DNA of 64,000 nucleotides from Azolla caroliniana (lineage: Eukaryota; Plantae; Polypodiophyta), in NCBI GenBank assembly GCA_043228905.1, contig JBHGNT010000002.1:23312001-23376000 (forward strand), written 5' to 3'. This document shows positions 1-14,819 of this stretch, in pieces; the first letter of the stretch is position 1, and each line of letters starts with the position of its first letter. The notes under the pieces are model-generated. The model saw only the letters and a program-made list of their open reading frames with translations, searched no databases and was not told the origin of the DNA. The translations under genes and the position numbers were made by a program.

Positions 1-9
1 GACGAAATG

Positions 10-160
10 GTAATGATTCTTTATATTATTAATTAATAGTGACATCTTAACCAATGTATATGTTCTAATTATTTTGTTTTTCTGTTGTTGCAGGAGTGCC
101 AGTGTAGATGGGTGGCTATTATTTGTAAACATGTGGGAGATTATTGTTACCTTGATTGAG
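10..160 (+). other. Possible short intron (10-93) and terminal exon of a gene entering from the left edge
   Basis: ATG|GTAATG donor at 10, T-rich tract and TTGCAG| acceptor at 93; product not identifiable. Confidence 0.3.
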
Positions 161-3100
161 ATAAGATTTTAGATTGTTAAAGTTTTGGTAGTGAAAAAAA
201 CAAAATTAAAAGGAAAAAATTCCACACTATATGCTAAAAATGGAAAGATATATATTTTTCCACACTGTAGCGTTAACCGCTCTTTCATAGGCCTCTATTT
301 CCAAGAAGGATACCATTCTGTATAGAATGAGTATATTTTTAAGATGACTAGTGGTTTTTATTTTGAATAGAATGTACACTTAGACATACCTAGTCATGTA
401 GTGCAAATAAAACCAAGAAGTGAACTCATCATCATGACCACTATTACTTGATTACTTATTTTTTTTTTCCCTTTCCATTTTTTTTGGGGTTGAAGTTGAT
501 AATGTATGGTAAATGGCAACAAGACTGGTCAGTTACATAGGATATGTGTGATGAATAACTGTCATGCAAGACAATGTAATCATTAATAGAGTATAGTATT
601 TATTTGATCTAAAAGAATGATGGCGGTTAGCAATGTTTTCATTGTATATGTATACATGGATTTCTTGGAAGTGATAGAAATAGAAAACATGGATCAAGCA
701 TTCTTAGTATAGATGTCAAATTTATGCAAGAAGTGGTATTCAATCATTTGCCAACTTTCGATTTGTTTTTTTTTATAATTTATGTATATAGTTTAGAGCT
801 TGTCTTGCTATAGATCATCCAAAAATGAAACAAATAATCTCACTGCAAACTTTCGTATTTATTGATAAGTTTACACAAAATAAGAAATTCAGGATAGAAC
901 ATTCTGATTTTTTGACATTAAGAATGTTGTGAGTTCTTTATGAAAGAGACATGATGGGGTGTCATCCTCACAATAACTTTGTATCTAGTCTTCTTTGAAA
1001 CATGTGGCAGTTGATCAAGCATGAGGGTCATATGGAAGGAATAAATATTAAATTTAATGAGGTGGCCATGACATCATTTTCAAAGAGTTAACAAATAATA
1101 TAAATAGATTAAAATGTTGTTGCAATGCAACTCTAAAGGAGCATATTATCATCATTTTACTTTTTGATTCACATTTTCTTAACTATAAATACTACTCAAG
1201 GTCCATTAAAGATATAGAACCAAGTTTCCATTTTGAGATGTTTTTATATTTAAAACTAATATGACTTTCAGAAACAAAACATACGTCTCTTTTTTAAATT
1301 GTAACCAATATGATTGTTACCAAGCCATATTGCATATATATTTAGAGATGATTGAGCCAAAGGCAAAGATTATTTATGCTTGGGTAATACATACATAAGG
1401 GAGAAGTTTCATGTACATCCATGCATACATTACCTCCCCCATGTGAGTGATGCAAACAAATAACATTATTTTATTGAAATTAGATCAGGCGATCATATTT
1501 AAATAGATAAGATAGTGCAATTGTTGGGGATACGACAATCCGATGATTAGAGATATGTAAGGAAATAAGGTACGCATCCTTGAGGATGAGGGCGAAACTT
1601 CAACACATAGTATAAAGATCTGAAATACAAAATAACCAAAATTTACAGCTCTAGGTTTTTAATAATAGCATAAAGTTTGAGCCTAACGAAGAGCCTCTTT
1701 TACATGACCTTTCAAGAAAAACATGTAAATCTAGTGGTTGTGTTAACCAAAATAGCCCTATCTCTATTAACTACACCAAACTTCTCACCAAGCTACTTTT
1801 CCAATCCGCCTTCAAGAAAATGAATATTGTTGTCAAACAAAATGCATAACCGATGTGAGGTTGGTAGTATTCTTAATTAGTTGCAAGACTTGTCCATTTA
1901 TCTCATTTTATATTAATAATCCTACGAGTCACGACCTAGTGCTTGAAGTGAAATTCAAGCTGAGAAAAAGATTAAAAGTTATGAAGCTTTTAGATGTGGC
2001 CTTCACATGCTACAAATATTTATGTGCTACTAAGTTTGAAAATTGTCAATGTAAGAAATTTACCACCAACTTTAAAAAATATCATACTAACAATATGTAT
2101 GAAAGATTTAGGTTGCATTGACTTCTTGTCAAGGTAGAGAAATCCTTGAAGAAAAAGAGGAGGATTAAGAAGTGTGGAGAATCAAGGTCAACCTTTTTTT
2201 TGTTTTATAAAAGATTTTCTTCAATAATATTAAGAATAAAACGCCCAAAGGCTACAACTTGAACCTAGTTACCAAGGAGGTTACAACTTTTCCTATACCA
2301 TGCTGTAAAATACAAGGATGTTTACATTTGTTGATATTCAAGAAAGAGTCCATGGAAGTCGATATTGCCATTGAGGTCCTTGAGTTGACATTGTGAACAA
2401 GGGCACCCTTTTCCATAAGTGAAGAAGCTTTTCCTTTTCTAATCAAAGTCAACCTTTTTGTGCAACACACATGATGTAACTTGTAAGCTTAACTAAATAT
2501 AACTTAGTGTCAAACTATAGAGTTAGAATTAGCCTTGAATACATATTCTTGTAAAGTACATTAATAAGTGTAAGAATACTCCTTAGAAGTTGACTCTAGA
2601 AGATGTGTAAGAGAATGCTAAAGTTCATCGATGTTGTAAGAGTTAGTGTAAGAAGTAGATGGATGAACCACAAGGATAAGTTATAAGAGGCTATAGAAAG
2701 TCCTCATTGTGCTCGATATATCTCGATGTCATAGTGTGTTAATGTTAATTTGATTATATCTTATTACTATTACGTTAATCCTCTTTTCTTACTCTCTCAC
2801 ATGTTTATTATATGTACATTGTCACCCCTCCTCTAGGGCTATCTCACACGTAAATTGTTTCTTGCTGCTTTATTACATAATTAGTACTAATTGTTCATAT
2901 AATTAGCTATCCAATTATTTGCAAGAAGTGTATTAATGTCCCCAACGAAACCAACATGGCCTATGAGCTTGTATGCTTGTTTGAAAATTGAAACTTATGA
3001 CATAAACTAAGTTAAAAGAGGAAATGCAAGATCAATCATGTTCAATCCAAAACTCCTAATGGGACAACTCATCTTTGTGTTGGTGTCTCAACTTTAGCCT

Positions 3101-5534
3101 GCAATCTTTCTTACTAATTGTTCTAATTATATGTTTGGGGATTTTCTCATTTTTCTTCTAGGCAATCTTCATACTCTCTCTATCTATTGGCTTGGCCGTT
3201 TACATTGTAGCATCATATGTCATAACATTGAGAGGATCGAAGCTCAATCCACACCATGGGCTAGGCGCTATCTCAAAGATTTATCTATCTATCTATTCAA
3301 TTCTCATATGATGAACTTCTTCACCTCCTAGTTGGGGTGGGGGAATATGTCAATGCTACTATATTCTACTCACTTAAGGCACACTAGGTTACACCACCCA
3401 AGGGTTAGATTAGCTCACACTAGTAAAAGAACACTTATCCATTTTTCCTACTCAGATAAGAGTCCTTTTCAAGAGGGTGACAAGGTGACTTTGAGTAATG
3501 TTTTACCTCATATTTCCTCCACTACCTTCGTGCATATGATCTCTCATGCACACTTATGTAGATTAGAGAATACTAGAGAAAAATAGGATTAGGAGGCAAT
3601 CACAATATGCTTGCTTGCTTGCGGGGAAGAACCAAGGTGGTGGATGAACCCGCTGCTTCATCAGCGAGATGAAGACGATTAACGCTACTTATCGGCTATG
3701 GTAAAGTCAGACGGCCCGATGGGGGAGTTGGTAGCAGAAGCTAGACATTTGCTAGCGGCCCAACATGAAAAGAAAAGAAGCGGATTGACGTGGCCGCAGT
3801 CATTCGACCTCCCCATGCTATCTGAGTGGATGCACCTCACCCTTCCACTGGCTATGCGGGGACTGGACCAATGTGATCTCGCCTTGATATTGGCGGTCTG
3901 GCTTATGGAGAAGAGACCAACTGTGGTGTGGCCTTCTCCAACCAAGAGTCACACCAAAATTCAAATATTGCAATGGTACCACGTTGAACACAAATATCGC
4001 ATAGACTAGCTTGTAGAGCGGCATCCCTCCCACTTAAATAACAACTTTGTTCTCATGTTTCCCTTGGCACACAATGTAGGCCAATGATAGGTTCCTATAA
4101 TGAAGAAGAGTGTCCAAAAGCACGATATTCAAAATTAGTTCCTCTAACAAATGAGTGTATGAAAGCATAATACTTCTAGAACTAACATTGTACATACACA
4201 ATCTAATTTTTAGGAGGACGAGATATTCATTATGAATACCTAAATCAGTACTAAGGGCTACACATTTTAGTATTCCTAATTCTTATCTTTATCCATGGAA
4301 CTTATGCAAATGATATAAACAAATGTCAACTAGCACTAAGCTTAGTGACATTTTGACTATCTTAAGGTGCTCATTCATCACCAACCTTGCCATTTTTTTA
4401 GAGAGTATCACTTCAAGCTCACTCACTTACCTTAACCACATACACAAATGTAACTGTAATACCTAATCACTCTTAATCCTATGATCGACTGCCTACAAAG
4501 ACACTCCCTCTCTCTGGTCGTACGATGATCGACTCTCAAAACAACAAAATAACAATGAAGGACAGAGTACTCTAAAATAAAATTATATTAAATTAATACA
4601 CTTATCGTTTCTTTTACAATGGCTTGTACCCCTTTTCATAGGTGGCACAAGAAGTTCTCTCCAAGAAACCTCAAAACTGCCTTTCGGCAAGAAACATAAA
4701 ACAACAGTTATAATTACCTAATTTTTACTTGGCCTTTTACAACTATTGAGCACCTCTCATGCTTTTGCAAGTGTCACCAAAGCAATGTCAAGCAAGATGC
4801 CCTTCATAACCTTATAAGAAATATGATTGCCTTTGCCATGGATACCACAAAGGTGAAAGTATTTTTTATGGCAATCTACATATCAAAATGTGTAATAAAG
4901 TACACGGACAAGAGACTTCTCTAATACTTATTGATTGGCAGAATATGGCAGGGGGAAAACGCATAAAATCTGTAGCTACATCAGGAAAAACAAAAATAAA
5001 TAAATCTAGGGAGAGCAGAAGAGAATGTTTTCAGTAAAAATGCTTTAATTTCAAATAATGTGAGACTAGAAGTCAAGCTTTAGAAACATTCATGAAGATT
5101 TGACTGAATATTTCTCCTCCTAAATTCAATGAAGGTCACATGAAAGCATCAAGAGTAATGATGAGAACCGTCCAGATAAAGGGTCTGCTACAGCTACATA
5201 CACTCCGACATGAGATCAGAGCATTCTACCCAGTTGTTACCATAGCTTTTGAGAGTATGTATTATGGCAGAAATAGTTTAGAATCACAAGAGAATCCAAA
5301 GTTTACATTAGCATTGCCTGTAAATTGGATCCCAAATATTGTTATAGATAGATAATATTGAGAGAATCAAAATTATACACCATTTACTCATTCAAAGTTG
5401 CACTAGCATTGTCAATCGATCCCAAAGTACGGCTATAAAATTTGCTAGCTAGCACAATTGAATTGGGGAAGAGCAAGTTTAATTGCCAGAGGATTAAAGC
5501 AGAGCACACAGGCCTGAACATGAAAGGAAGTTGC

Positions 5535-5759
5535 TCATCCAGAAAAGAGACTTAGCTGAAGGTCTGTCTCCGAGGAATCATTCTCAGCTTCATCAAGATT
5601 TATGATAATGCTACTACTATTGGGGGCCTTTTGAAGCCTTAGGATCCCATTCTTTCCACAATTGGTAGAAGCAGTAGCCGTAGTATAATTAGAAGTAACA
5701 GTGTTGTTACGATCAGGAGCATCTGTCTCACTACATTCAGCTGTTGCTTGCATGGCGAC
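5535..5759 (-). CDS. MIKC MADS-box gene, coding exon 7 (C domain, ends ...SETDLQLSLF SG*)
   Basis: TTCAG| acceptor at 5760, phase 0, open to TGA; terminal LxLxL (EAR-like) motif typical of MIKC proteins. Confidence 0.9.
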   Translation of the reverse strand, partial: VAMQATAECSETDAPDRNNTVTSNYTTATASTNCGKNGILRLQKAPNSSSIIINLDEAENDSSETDLQLSLFSG

Positions 5760-6017
5760 CTGAATTCCAACACATTAGTTATCACACCATCTTCTATATA
5801 TCTATAATATATATATAATAATTGACATCCCTACTAAAATATGTTCACAACAAGATAACCTACAGGGGTAAGTCTTGCAAAAACCTAAAAAAGTAATCCT
5901 TGCTGCTCAATTATGAATTTTCCTTGCTTTTCTTTCAAAATTAATCTATTGCTCATGCATTAAATTAGTATATCGGTCAATAATTTGATAACAGTAGTTA
6001 TATAACTCCGTTTTTAC

Positions 6018-6059
6018 CTGAAACCTTAACATTTCATTTGTCTCCGCAAGCTCTTGGCC
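6018..6059 (-). CDS. MIKC MADS-box gene, exon 6 (K3; GQELAETNEMLRFQ)
   Basis: Canonical 42-nt exon, TAG|...|GTAAA, phase 0. Confidence 0.92.
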
Positions 6060-6199
6060 CTAGTTAAGTATATACAAGCCACAAGAAAGCCCAAAACATA
6101 CACGTTATATAGAGTAATTTTGAGCTGGTTGAGAGAGAATTATTAATAAAATTTTCTTTTGTTATTCATGAAACAGATTAGAAAGTACTCAGAGTTCAC

Positions 6200-6241
6200 C
6201 TTCACACGCAGGGCTTCTATCTGCTCCATCACCTTTCTTGT
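6200..6241 (-). CDS. MIKC MADS-box gene, exon 5 (TRKVMEQIEALRVK)
   Basis: Canonical 42-nt exon, CAG|...|GTGAA, phase 0. Confidence 0.92.
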
Positions 6242-6816
6242 CTGTTTTCAAATACAAAAAAAGTCTCAAGAGTTATCATGATGATATGGGTTAATCACGT
6301 TTCTTGAAGGAATTAGAATTTGTATATACAATATGCATTATAAAACCAAAGGTCTACACAATCACATAAATCCCTCTACCTATGTATCTATCTACACATA
6401 GATTTTGCGTCCAAAATGTGTCAATCTACTAAGGTTTTGCAGCCCAGTCGTTGATTGAAAAGAAAAAACCGCCCATTATTGATACATACATACATACGTA
6501 TATACTATATATATATATATATATATCTTATATCGATCACTTATATGAGAACATTTATACAAGTCGTATAGAAAATGTCGTTACACAGAGATTTATAGCT
6601 GATGCTAGAATGCCAAATAGTTAGTACATATAAGTAATGTATGAACCTTTGGAAATTCTGTTTTGAGCCTAATTTTGAGATTTGGCATACTATCAAAACA
6701 ATCTAGGGACACTTTTTGAGTTATAATGTTGTTGGAGCATTAAAAATTTCTTTTTTTACTAAACTTTTGTTATTTTAAATACTTATTTTCCACTTAAACC
6801 AGGTAAAAGTGGAGGC

Positions 6817-7202
6817 CAACAATAGGCAACGGTTCGGTTCGGTTTGACAGGCTCAAAACCGAACCCTTTAAAAATGTTGAAACCTGAAACCGAACCGACA
6901 ATTTTTTTTTCAAACTGTTAAACCATTAAAACTGCGGTTTCGTGGTTCGATTTTGGTTTTCAACTTAGATCAAAATTTAATTTTTTAATTTTTAAAATTT
7001 TAAAATTTAATTTTTTTAGTTTTAAAATTTTAATTTTTTCGTTTTAAAAATTTGAATATTTTTTAAAATTTAAAGATGTTCTTGAAAATGAAAAGATTGT
7101 TTAAAAACAGTTTTTAAAAATTGTTTTTAAATAAATAAAAAAAAACAAAAACAAAAAAAAAAAAAACCGTTAAACCATTTAAACGATGGTTGCCGATTGT
7201 TA
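6817..7202. mobile_element. hAT-like MITE in MADS intron 4
   Basis: Imperfect TIR CAACAATAGGCAAC / GTTGCCGATTGTTA, subterminal AAACCG/GGTTC repeats, AT-rich core; flanks GTGGAGGC / GTGGGGCC resemble a decayed 8-bp TSD. Confidence 0.55.
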
Positions 7203-7860
7203 GTGGGGCCCCTAAAATAGGTTGTCTTAGGGAAAATGTGGAGTGGCTAGATTCTGAGAGTTTCCAAAAATTCTAGTGAGGATCCACTTCCTACTCTGTT
7301 CGCCCAATTAGGCAGCCAAAGAGTCCGTCCGTCCGTTCCAACCGAAGATGGAGGAACACTTACATTGTGCCTAGGACTTTGCCCAACTCTACTATTTGAG
7401 ACACACTTGCTCGCACTTCTAACCCTCTTTAGTGAGTGGGAAAAAAGTGCATCTTAAGCCATGGTGTACAAAATAATAAGGTCAAGGATCTTTGGAGAAA
7501 AATGTATTATGGTCTCATCCAAAAGATGTAAGAAGAATCCAGTTAAGAAAGAAGGTACACGGTGAAAGGCAGGCCCATACATAGGGAGTGTAGTACGAGG
7601 GTTAAAAGCCAAATACCCCTCATAGGGAGAACAACCTATAGATATAATGCGGCAATTAGCGAACGAAAGAAGGTGTAATGGCTTAAACCACCAGCATGCA
7701 ATGCAAACCTTGACGGGTCTCATATCGACCTATTGAAGAACCCAAGGAACAAAAAGGTTACTTTATCCTCAATTCTCTTGGGCTCTCCTACGGAACCTTA
7801 ATAAATTGTCCATTTTGTTGATCGAAAAAAGACATTCACATAATTTGAAGGGTTAGCAAG

Positions 7861-8130
7861 TAGGTATGGGCCTGGTTCAGTTCAGTTTTTTCCTTTTTTG
7901 CCTCGAAACAAAACCAATCCATTTATAGATAACCACCACGAAATGAAACAATTTACGGACTCCCAAGCCATTTAAACCAAACCATTTAGGGGAAAGCCAA
8001 ATCAAAACCAAACATAACCAAACCGTTTACAAATCTCAAATCCAAACATAGCCAAACTATTTAATCACAAATCTCAACCAAACTAAACCAAATCATTTAA
8101 GTCAAATTAATTAAAACTAAAAACCATTGA
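7861..8130. mobile_element. Degenerate hAT-like MITE end (AAACC-rich subterminal repeats)
   Basis: TAGGTATGGG start followed by many AAACCA/GGTTC motifs; other end not found. Confidence 0.3.
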
Positions 8131-10559
8131 AAATTAAATAAGCATTCAAGTTGAATGGATTAAATCAATAAACAAAAAAACATGGATTAAATCATTAAGT
8201 TAATTAATCTATTAAAGTATCAGAAATAAGCAATTTAAGTTGAATGGACTAAATCATTAAACAAAAAAAAAGGGTTAAATCATTAATTTAATCTATCTAT
8301 TAACCTCCCCAGCCCCTCTTCCATTCCTATCACCTTCTTTCCACCCTACCACCACCATCGCCATCGCCATCACCACCCTGAATCGCCCACTACTCGAATG
8401 TAAAGATAATGCCTACCTAAACCAAACCATATGACCAGAAAACAGTCCCTCAGCGAGTATCTCCTCCAATGTATCCACAGCGGAGTAGTGTGTCTTGAAG
8501 GCCAACCTAATTATGTTGGAGATCGGAACCTTCTCGAGCAGGCCCAGTGTAGATCGTAGAATCTAGTGGGACTGCGTGTTCTTCAAGCCCACAAAGGCAG
8601 GGATAGAGCAATTAAGAAATACTTGGTTTAATAATTCCTTTTGGAGGGTTGGAAGCGATAGAATTGCCCAAGACATTGGAAGCAATATTAATAATAAGAA
8701 AGAAGAGTCACTTATAAATACTTTATTTTTGAATCATTACTCAGTGTTAGCTACCACCTTACCCCTTGACAAAATGGCTTTTCCTTCTTTTGCCACAAGC
8801 CATGGGTTGCAAGCAAATAGCATTGGCAAAAGCAAACCTAATATATATGGGACATGGGTCACATTGCCTAACGTGTATATCTCTTTCATAATATTTTACA
8901 TGCATCACAAGATTAGATTTTTTTATAGACCTTTCTTTCTTGTTTGAGCATACTCAATTGCCTCAATCATCCCTCCATCACGATTCCTCTCAGTGATCTT
9001 ACTCAAATTCATACCATTTCTTTCAATCAATGGATAAATTTATGAGTGTATCCTAGCAAGTTCACATTGATGATATGTAACCATAAACCTTATGTTTTTA
9101 ACCTTGAGATTTAGTACCTTTGAGAACCAAACAACTATACTACTTTTGGGTTTTGATAGGATCGCACAAAAATTAAATGTGCATCTATCAAAAAGAAGTT
9201 TTGGAAGGGAAATTTATAATTAAACCTTTTGTGAATGTCATGGGCTCCTCTAAATGATACACAATGTGATCTATCTCAATGACACATTCACCAATATTTG
9301 AGGTCGTCATAGAATCAGCAGATTGTGAGCCTTTTTTGAATGTCACTATGGATAAATCATGTGCTCCTGTCTATGCCACACAATGTAATCCATCCAAAGG
9401 ACAAATCCACAAAGATACGAGTTTAGTGGTGTGGGGATTAGTCGAAGGACTCTTGTTTGAAAGGACATAGCAAGGCAAAGGTTAGACTGCAAAACCTTTT
9501 GTATTGCATCGATTGCCTTTATCACAAGGATAGGGCCAATATCAACATGGTTTTTAACATGGTCATTATAATCATTAATTAGGATGAATTTGGACCAGTA
9601 AATGGAAAGGTGAATTTGACTTGCCAAACATGACTTGATCCACGGTGCATCTAAACTTGCCACCAATACACACATCATATAAATTGTGTGATATAGTTCA
9701 GTTAATGAACAAGATTTGCCAAATTTTGTTGCAAATGAGGATTTGTAACAAAATTAGGATAACACTGTTATAAAGAGGAAAGTACACTGCCTATCATTAT
9801 ATATGGAGGAATGAGCACCATTGCAAGTTTATGTGTTAATGTGACGTCTTAAAATTCTACTTTTTGGCAATAAATGGTCCTAACAAATTCTCAACAACTA
9901 GGCATAATTGAGGACCTCATAAATATGTCATTAATATAAAGTTTGTTTTGCATAAACTTCAATTGATATAGAGTCAAATTTGCAAGTTTGTCTAATGATT
10001 ATTAGCGTTAATGAAATCTAGGAACAGGAAAGTGTCTTAAACATTAAACTTCCATCATGATGAAGTTTCCTTTTCTTTATCTAATGGTAATACATCTCCA
10101 TACTCTCTGCCTAGTCATCATCCACTTGAAATTTCCCTCCAGCTTTAAACTAGGACATATAATCCCTACCAAATCTTACTTTTTGGTGTATATAGATAAG
10201 CTAAGCCCAAGAATGTATTGTGTTGATTAACAAACTTTGTATCTATTAAGATTAACTTTATTTAATGGCGATGCATTTTCATATTGTTTGACTAATATCC
10301 ATCCACTTGAACAATTTCTAACGATTCATTTGACAACCTCTCTCCATTATTACATTAGGAAATGTTGTCCTTAACAGTTCTTACTTTTGAGAGCATTTAG
10401 ATAAGCGAAGTCTAAAAATGATATTTTATCGACTAACAACTCTTTGTGCCTATTAAGATTAGCTTGAAAGATAATAATATAGAGATCACAAGAAATTATT
10501 TTGCATAGTTTTTATCAACCTTATATTTTAATGCGATTATCATGTAATGAATATCTCAC

Positions 10560-10659
10560 CTTCATTGCATTTACTCGAGATATGCCAATTTCCAAATCTT
10601 TTTCTAACTTGTTTAAATCCTGGAGTAGAAGCCGTTCTAAATTATGTCCAAGCATGTTT
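10560..10659 (-). CDS. MIKC MADS-box gene, exon 4 (K box; RNMLGHNLERLLLQDLNKLEKDLEIGISRVNAMK)
   Basis: Canonical 100-nt exon, CAG|...|GTGAG; K1-K2 heptad pattern. Confidence 0.95.
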
Positions 10660-10737
10660 CTGTATTCAAATTGAAAACACATTCGTCTTACTTCTCTCAT
10701 ATTCAATGAATTGGTTACTATAGATAAGATAGTGCAC

Positions 10738-10799
10738 CTGTATTTGTCTTCCAATATAGTTAGCTGCTGCTTCATCTGGGTTGTTACGTGCTCCAAATA
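10738..10799 (-). CDS. MIKC MADS-box gene, exon 3 (K1; YLEHVTTQMKQQLTILEDKYR)
   Basis: Canonical 62-nt exon, TTTTAG|...|GTGCA; 78-nt intron to exon 4. Confidence 0.95.
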
Positions 10800-13640
10800 C
10801 TAAAATCAAAATGTATTCAGTTAAAAGTATAAAATGTATATCCTTCATATAATTTATAAAAACATCACATCAGATAGAGATACACATATCTTCTAACATT
10901 AGTAAAGTGAGACATTTCTTGCTTTTATACGTTATGGCTACACTCATAAGCTATTGATATTCGAAAATTCAGTATATAAGTACAATGGTCCAGTGCTGAA
11001 GCTTTTGCTTTGCAAAACTTACATTGTGTTTGGATGTTCAGCCTGGATTCTTGTCGATACATATGCATTTTTGTATATTTTTACACATACATACATCATA
11101 TTAACGTTTTCTCATGTGGATGGATATCTTTAAAGTCATTACTAAAAATCAATCACTACTGATTTGTATGATCGTAGGTGCTTAATGCCTTAAAAGTCAT
11201 TATTAAAAAACAATCACTAGTGATTTGTATGACTGTAGGTGCTTACAATGTGTTGCACATGTATAATATTACATAGCGCAGCATCAACCAGGTAAACGTG
11301 TATGATTTGAGTTAAAGTGAAAATTCTCATAGTATTGTGATGTTGGTGGCTAAAGGATATTGTATGTCCAAGTTCATATAATATATTAAATGGAAAATTA
11401 TTAGTGGGATAAAATAAAATTCAAAGAATGTTGTGTTCAAAAACATGTAAAGAATATTTAAAAGCTGTCTAATTGAAACTTCATCGCAATACCAAAAAAG
11501 TGCCTAATTGATTTTCACTCTATTCCATACCTATTGCATCTTGTTGAGGAGATGGGTCTTCCCTAGAGAACACCCCAACAAGTAAAACTCCAAGCAAGAA
11601 ACATCAGAAGAACACACTCTCCTATAAAGACACAATATCCAAATTCTTGCTGAACACTTGTCCCTTGCATCTTATTGAGGAGATGGATCTTCCCTAGAGA
11701 GTTACCCCAACTAGTAAAACTCAAAGTAACCAACAAAAGCTGTCCAAATTCTTGCTAAACACTTCCCACCAATAACGTGACTTAAGTAATCTCCATAAGT
11801 TTATCACTATGTTATTTTAACCATGAAGTGGCATGGAACAACTGGCATAGCTTGTTGGCTATAATTTGTTCATTCTTACAGATTTGGCGCCACTAACCAT
11901 GTTCCAATTTTATAAATGATTTATATGTGTACAATGATGGAAAAGTCAGCCAATTATGGACAATCTTCGATTTTATACCACATTTCCCTTTAAGAGGACC
12001 ATGGTGTATACATATTTACTCCCATATTGAATCTAATGGCCATCAACTATCAATCCTTGACTTGGTATACACAATTTTTAGAAATAAAATATGAAATTTA
12101 AGGTTCTTTGATCCACTAATGTAGAAGGGAAAATGGCACTATTGTACTTCTCAAATATACATCCCAAAGGATGGTGGTGCCAAAACCAAAGAAATTCGAT
12201 TTTATGCATTTGTGTACTTATTTGCCAGCCTTTTTGTCCATGTTTGCACATTGTTGATTTCCTTGGTAATATGTGAATCTACAAATTCAGTATACTCAAA
12301 CCTCCCAATGAAACATTTGTGTACTTATTTGCCAACATTTTTGTCCATGGTTGGGCATTGTTGATTTCCTTGGTAATATGTAAATCTACAAATTCAGTAT
12401 ACTAAAACCTCCCAACAGTTTCATTGGAGAGTATTTATCTCATGAGGACAATCTTTAACCTTTACCTACATGTTTTACCTTCCAAAACTGCTTGGAGGTA
12501 TCTCACATGATGTTTTTAATCACAAATGAACAGCATATATCTATGACAATTCGTTGGAAGAGTGTCCATGTTTCAATTTTCTAAATAAGATATAAACAGT
12601 GAAGTGTTAATATCAGACTATATATATCCAAGTTGTAATCATGCCATAAAAGAAATTATATACTTACAATCCATATGACTTAGAAGGATCACCTGTACGG
12701 AACTATGAAGGAAGCTAAGATTAGAATGGCTTTAGCCTACAATGGCGTGTTCATAGAATCTCTTTTATAAAATTACACAATTATGTGGAAGATATTGTAG
12801 CCTAAATTGTGATCATATCTGAAATTGTCTTTTGTGCTTGACAAGTAATTAAGTATAGAACGTAATTAAATTCTGAGGACAACAAAGGGCTAAGGACCAA
12901 GTTTAATGAGCCTACTCTAGAGGTTTGAGGCGGCCAGAAATCTTTGCCTTATCTGCGTTTATGGAGATGAATGCCTTTTAAGGATCTTAAGTAAATAACA
13001 CAATTAGAGAGTCAAAAGAGCCCAAAAACAATACATAGGGATCTTAAGATTGCTTCATTTATTCTTAAAAAAACTAACGCATGGAAATAAGAAAAAAGCT
13101 AGCTTAGTGTCTGTCTAGACAGAATCAAAGCAGGAAACCCTACTCCAATACTGGGAGGAATTAGGGGAACCTCTTATTAGAACAATGAATGCCCAAATAA
13201 AAGATGGGGAAATTCAGCTTGATCTACATATGATGTATACACTAAGAGTCAAGGACCTAGGTTTATTCAGAGCAAAGAAACTACCTTGAATCCAACCACA
13301 TAAATGTATTTAAAACCGACGCAAGTTCTGTGGACTCCATCCGACATAGTGTAGATGCCCAAGACCAAGAAGTGTCAGTAGGGCTAGAGAACCGCCCAGA
13401 GCTTGAGTTCTACTGAAGGGAGTGAAATTCAGGAACAGCCTTCATGTACCAAGTGTTTAAGGACACAGTGTGAAATTACTCGAATCTTTACCTGAGGGCC
13501 AAGGTGAGAAAACTCCCCTAAAACAACTGGATAAGCATGCAGCCCCAAGTCCATTGATAATTAAAAACGACCTAAGTTGTGAGCAGCGTTTCTATAGTTC
13601 TACGTTTGAACAACAAATCAAAGCAAAAAGATAAGCATAC

Positions 13641-13716
13641 CTCACTATTTGTTGCTCCTCGATTTCTCTGCATGGTTTTGCAATGGTTCCTGTATCTCTC
13701 GAGTGTTTGCATCATT
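13641..13716 (-). CDS. MIKC MADS-box gene, exon 2 (I domain; MMQTLERYRNHCKTMQRNRGATNSE)
   Basis: 76-nt exon, GCAG|...|GTATG; phase matches exon 1; 'TLERY' I-domain motif. Confidence 0.95.
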
Positions 13717-13969
13717 CTGCTCCACAATGAATGAACACAAACTCTTAGTGGCAGAATAACACGATGAAAATAAGCGTATCCAACAAATTATACTATTATA
13801 TGCCTCTATAATTAAAAGAATTCTCTTATGCATCTACGAGAATAATTTTTTGTAAATGAACAAAGAAAAACAAAGAGAAATCATGCATGCATCTTTTCCA
13901 CTCTTAAAAAGTATGGATAGTTTATATACTTTAATGTTTCATTAAGAGTTTCATGTATGTCTAAGCTGG

Positions 13970-14170
13970 ATATGTTGAATTCATCAAATTTACTGAGGTG
14001 CATTGGATCTATCAAATTTACACAGTAACATTGAATTCATCAAGTTCACAGAGTTGGATTGCATCCATCAAATGTACACGGGAACATTGTATTCATGAAG
14101 TTTACAGAGTTGGATTGAATCCATCAAACTTACAAAGTAACATTGAATTCATGAGTTAAAGTAACATTAT
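13970..14170. repeat. Degenerate ~29/58-bp minisatellite
   Basis: Recurring TTGAATTCATCAAATTTACA-like units. Confidence 0.6.
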
Positions 14171-14819
14171 GTTACTATTATGATTTTGGGGCCACGAATA
14201 AAGTATTTCTAGGTAACGTTTGCCTTTTGAAACTATAGTAAGTAAAACTATTAAATTCGTACAAGATCTACATCTAGATCCATTTGATCCAATATGCATT
14301 ATAAATATCATGTTATTTCAGCTTTTCTTTATTTTATTTTATTTTCCAAAACCACATTGTTCAATGTCTTGATATCAATTTATCTACATAATAATATGAT
14401 CGTATAATATTGTTGTTTACTAATCCTTTGAGCAATAAATAATATTAATTCATTATCCATAAATTCATATAATTAGTAAGAATTTTTTCAAATACCATAA
14501 ACCTCAACTTTGCTATTAGTCGGCTTTTACTATATAACTGTTCATGGTATAGAGGAAAATTAGTTTGATTTGACAGTAGGCTCGTGTAGAGTGATTTCTC
14601 ATGCTACATTTGATTCTACAACTTGTGCGAATTGTTATGCAGCTAACAAGAAGAAGTTGTTTGAAGCAAATATACCATATTTATGTAAATAACCATGACG
14701 ATTAATCTTTGCTTCTGCTCCACTGGTGGTAGAAGTACATAGGAAAACACAGTGTGAGTGTGGGTGTCGTTGCTAGGCTACATGAAAGTACCTACTATTC
14801 CAGTCAGAAGAGTTTTGGG

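Noticed and set aside
1400-4800. Short ORFs and LTR/LINE-like scraps (also 7.3-10 kb, 12.9-13.6 kb, 18.6-19.9 kb, 26.8-28.8 kb)
   Set aside because: Probably decayed TEs, but too degenerate to assign family or boundaries by eye
11131-12420. Small local duplications (~60, ~130, ~107 bp; others at 21331 and 26580)
   Set aside because: Ordinary slippage or repair duplications with no further structure
12668-12692. Possible 25-nt poison micro-exon in MADS intron 2 (CAG|...|GTAAGTA)
   Set aside because: Weak pyrimidine tract, frameshifting; exons 2 and 3 already join in frame; no transcript evidence
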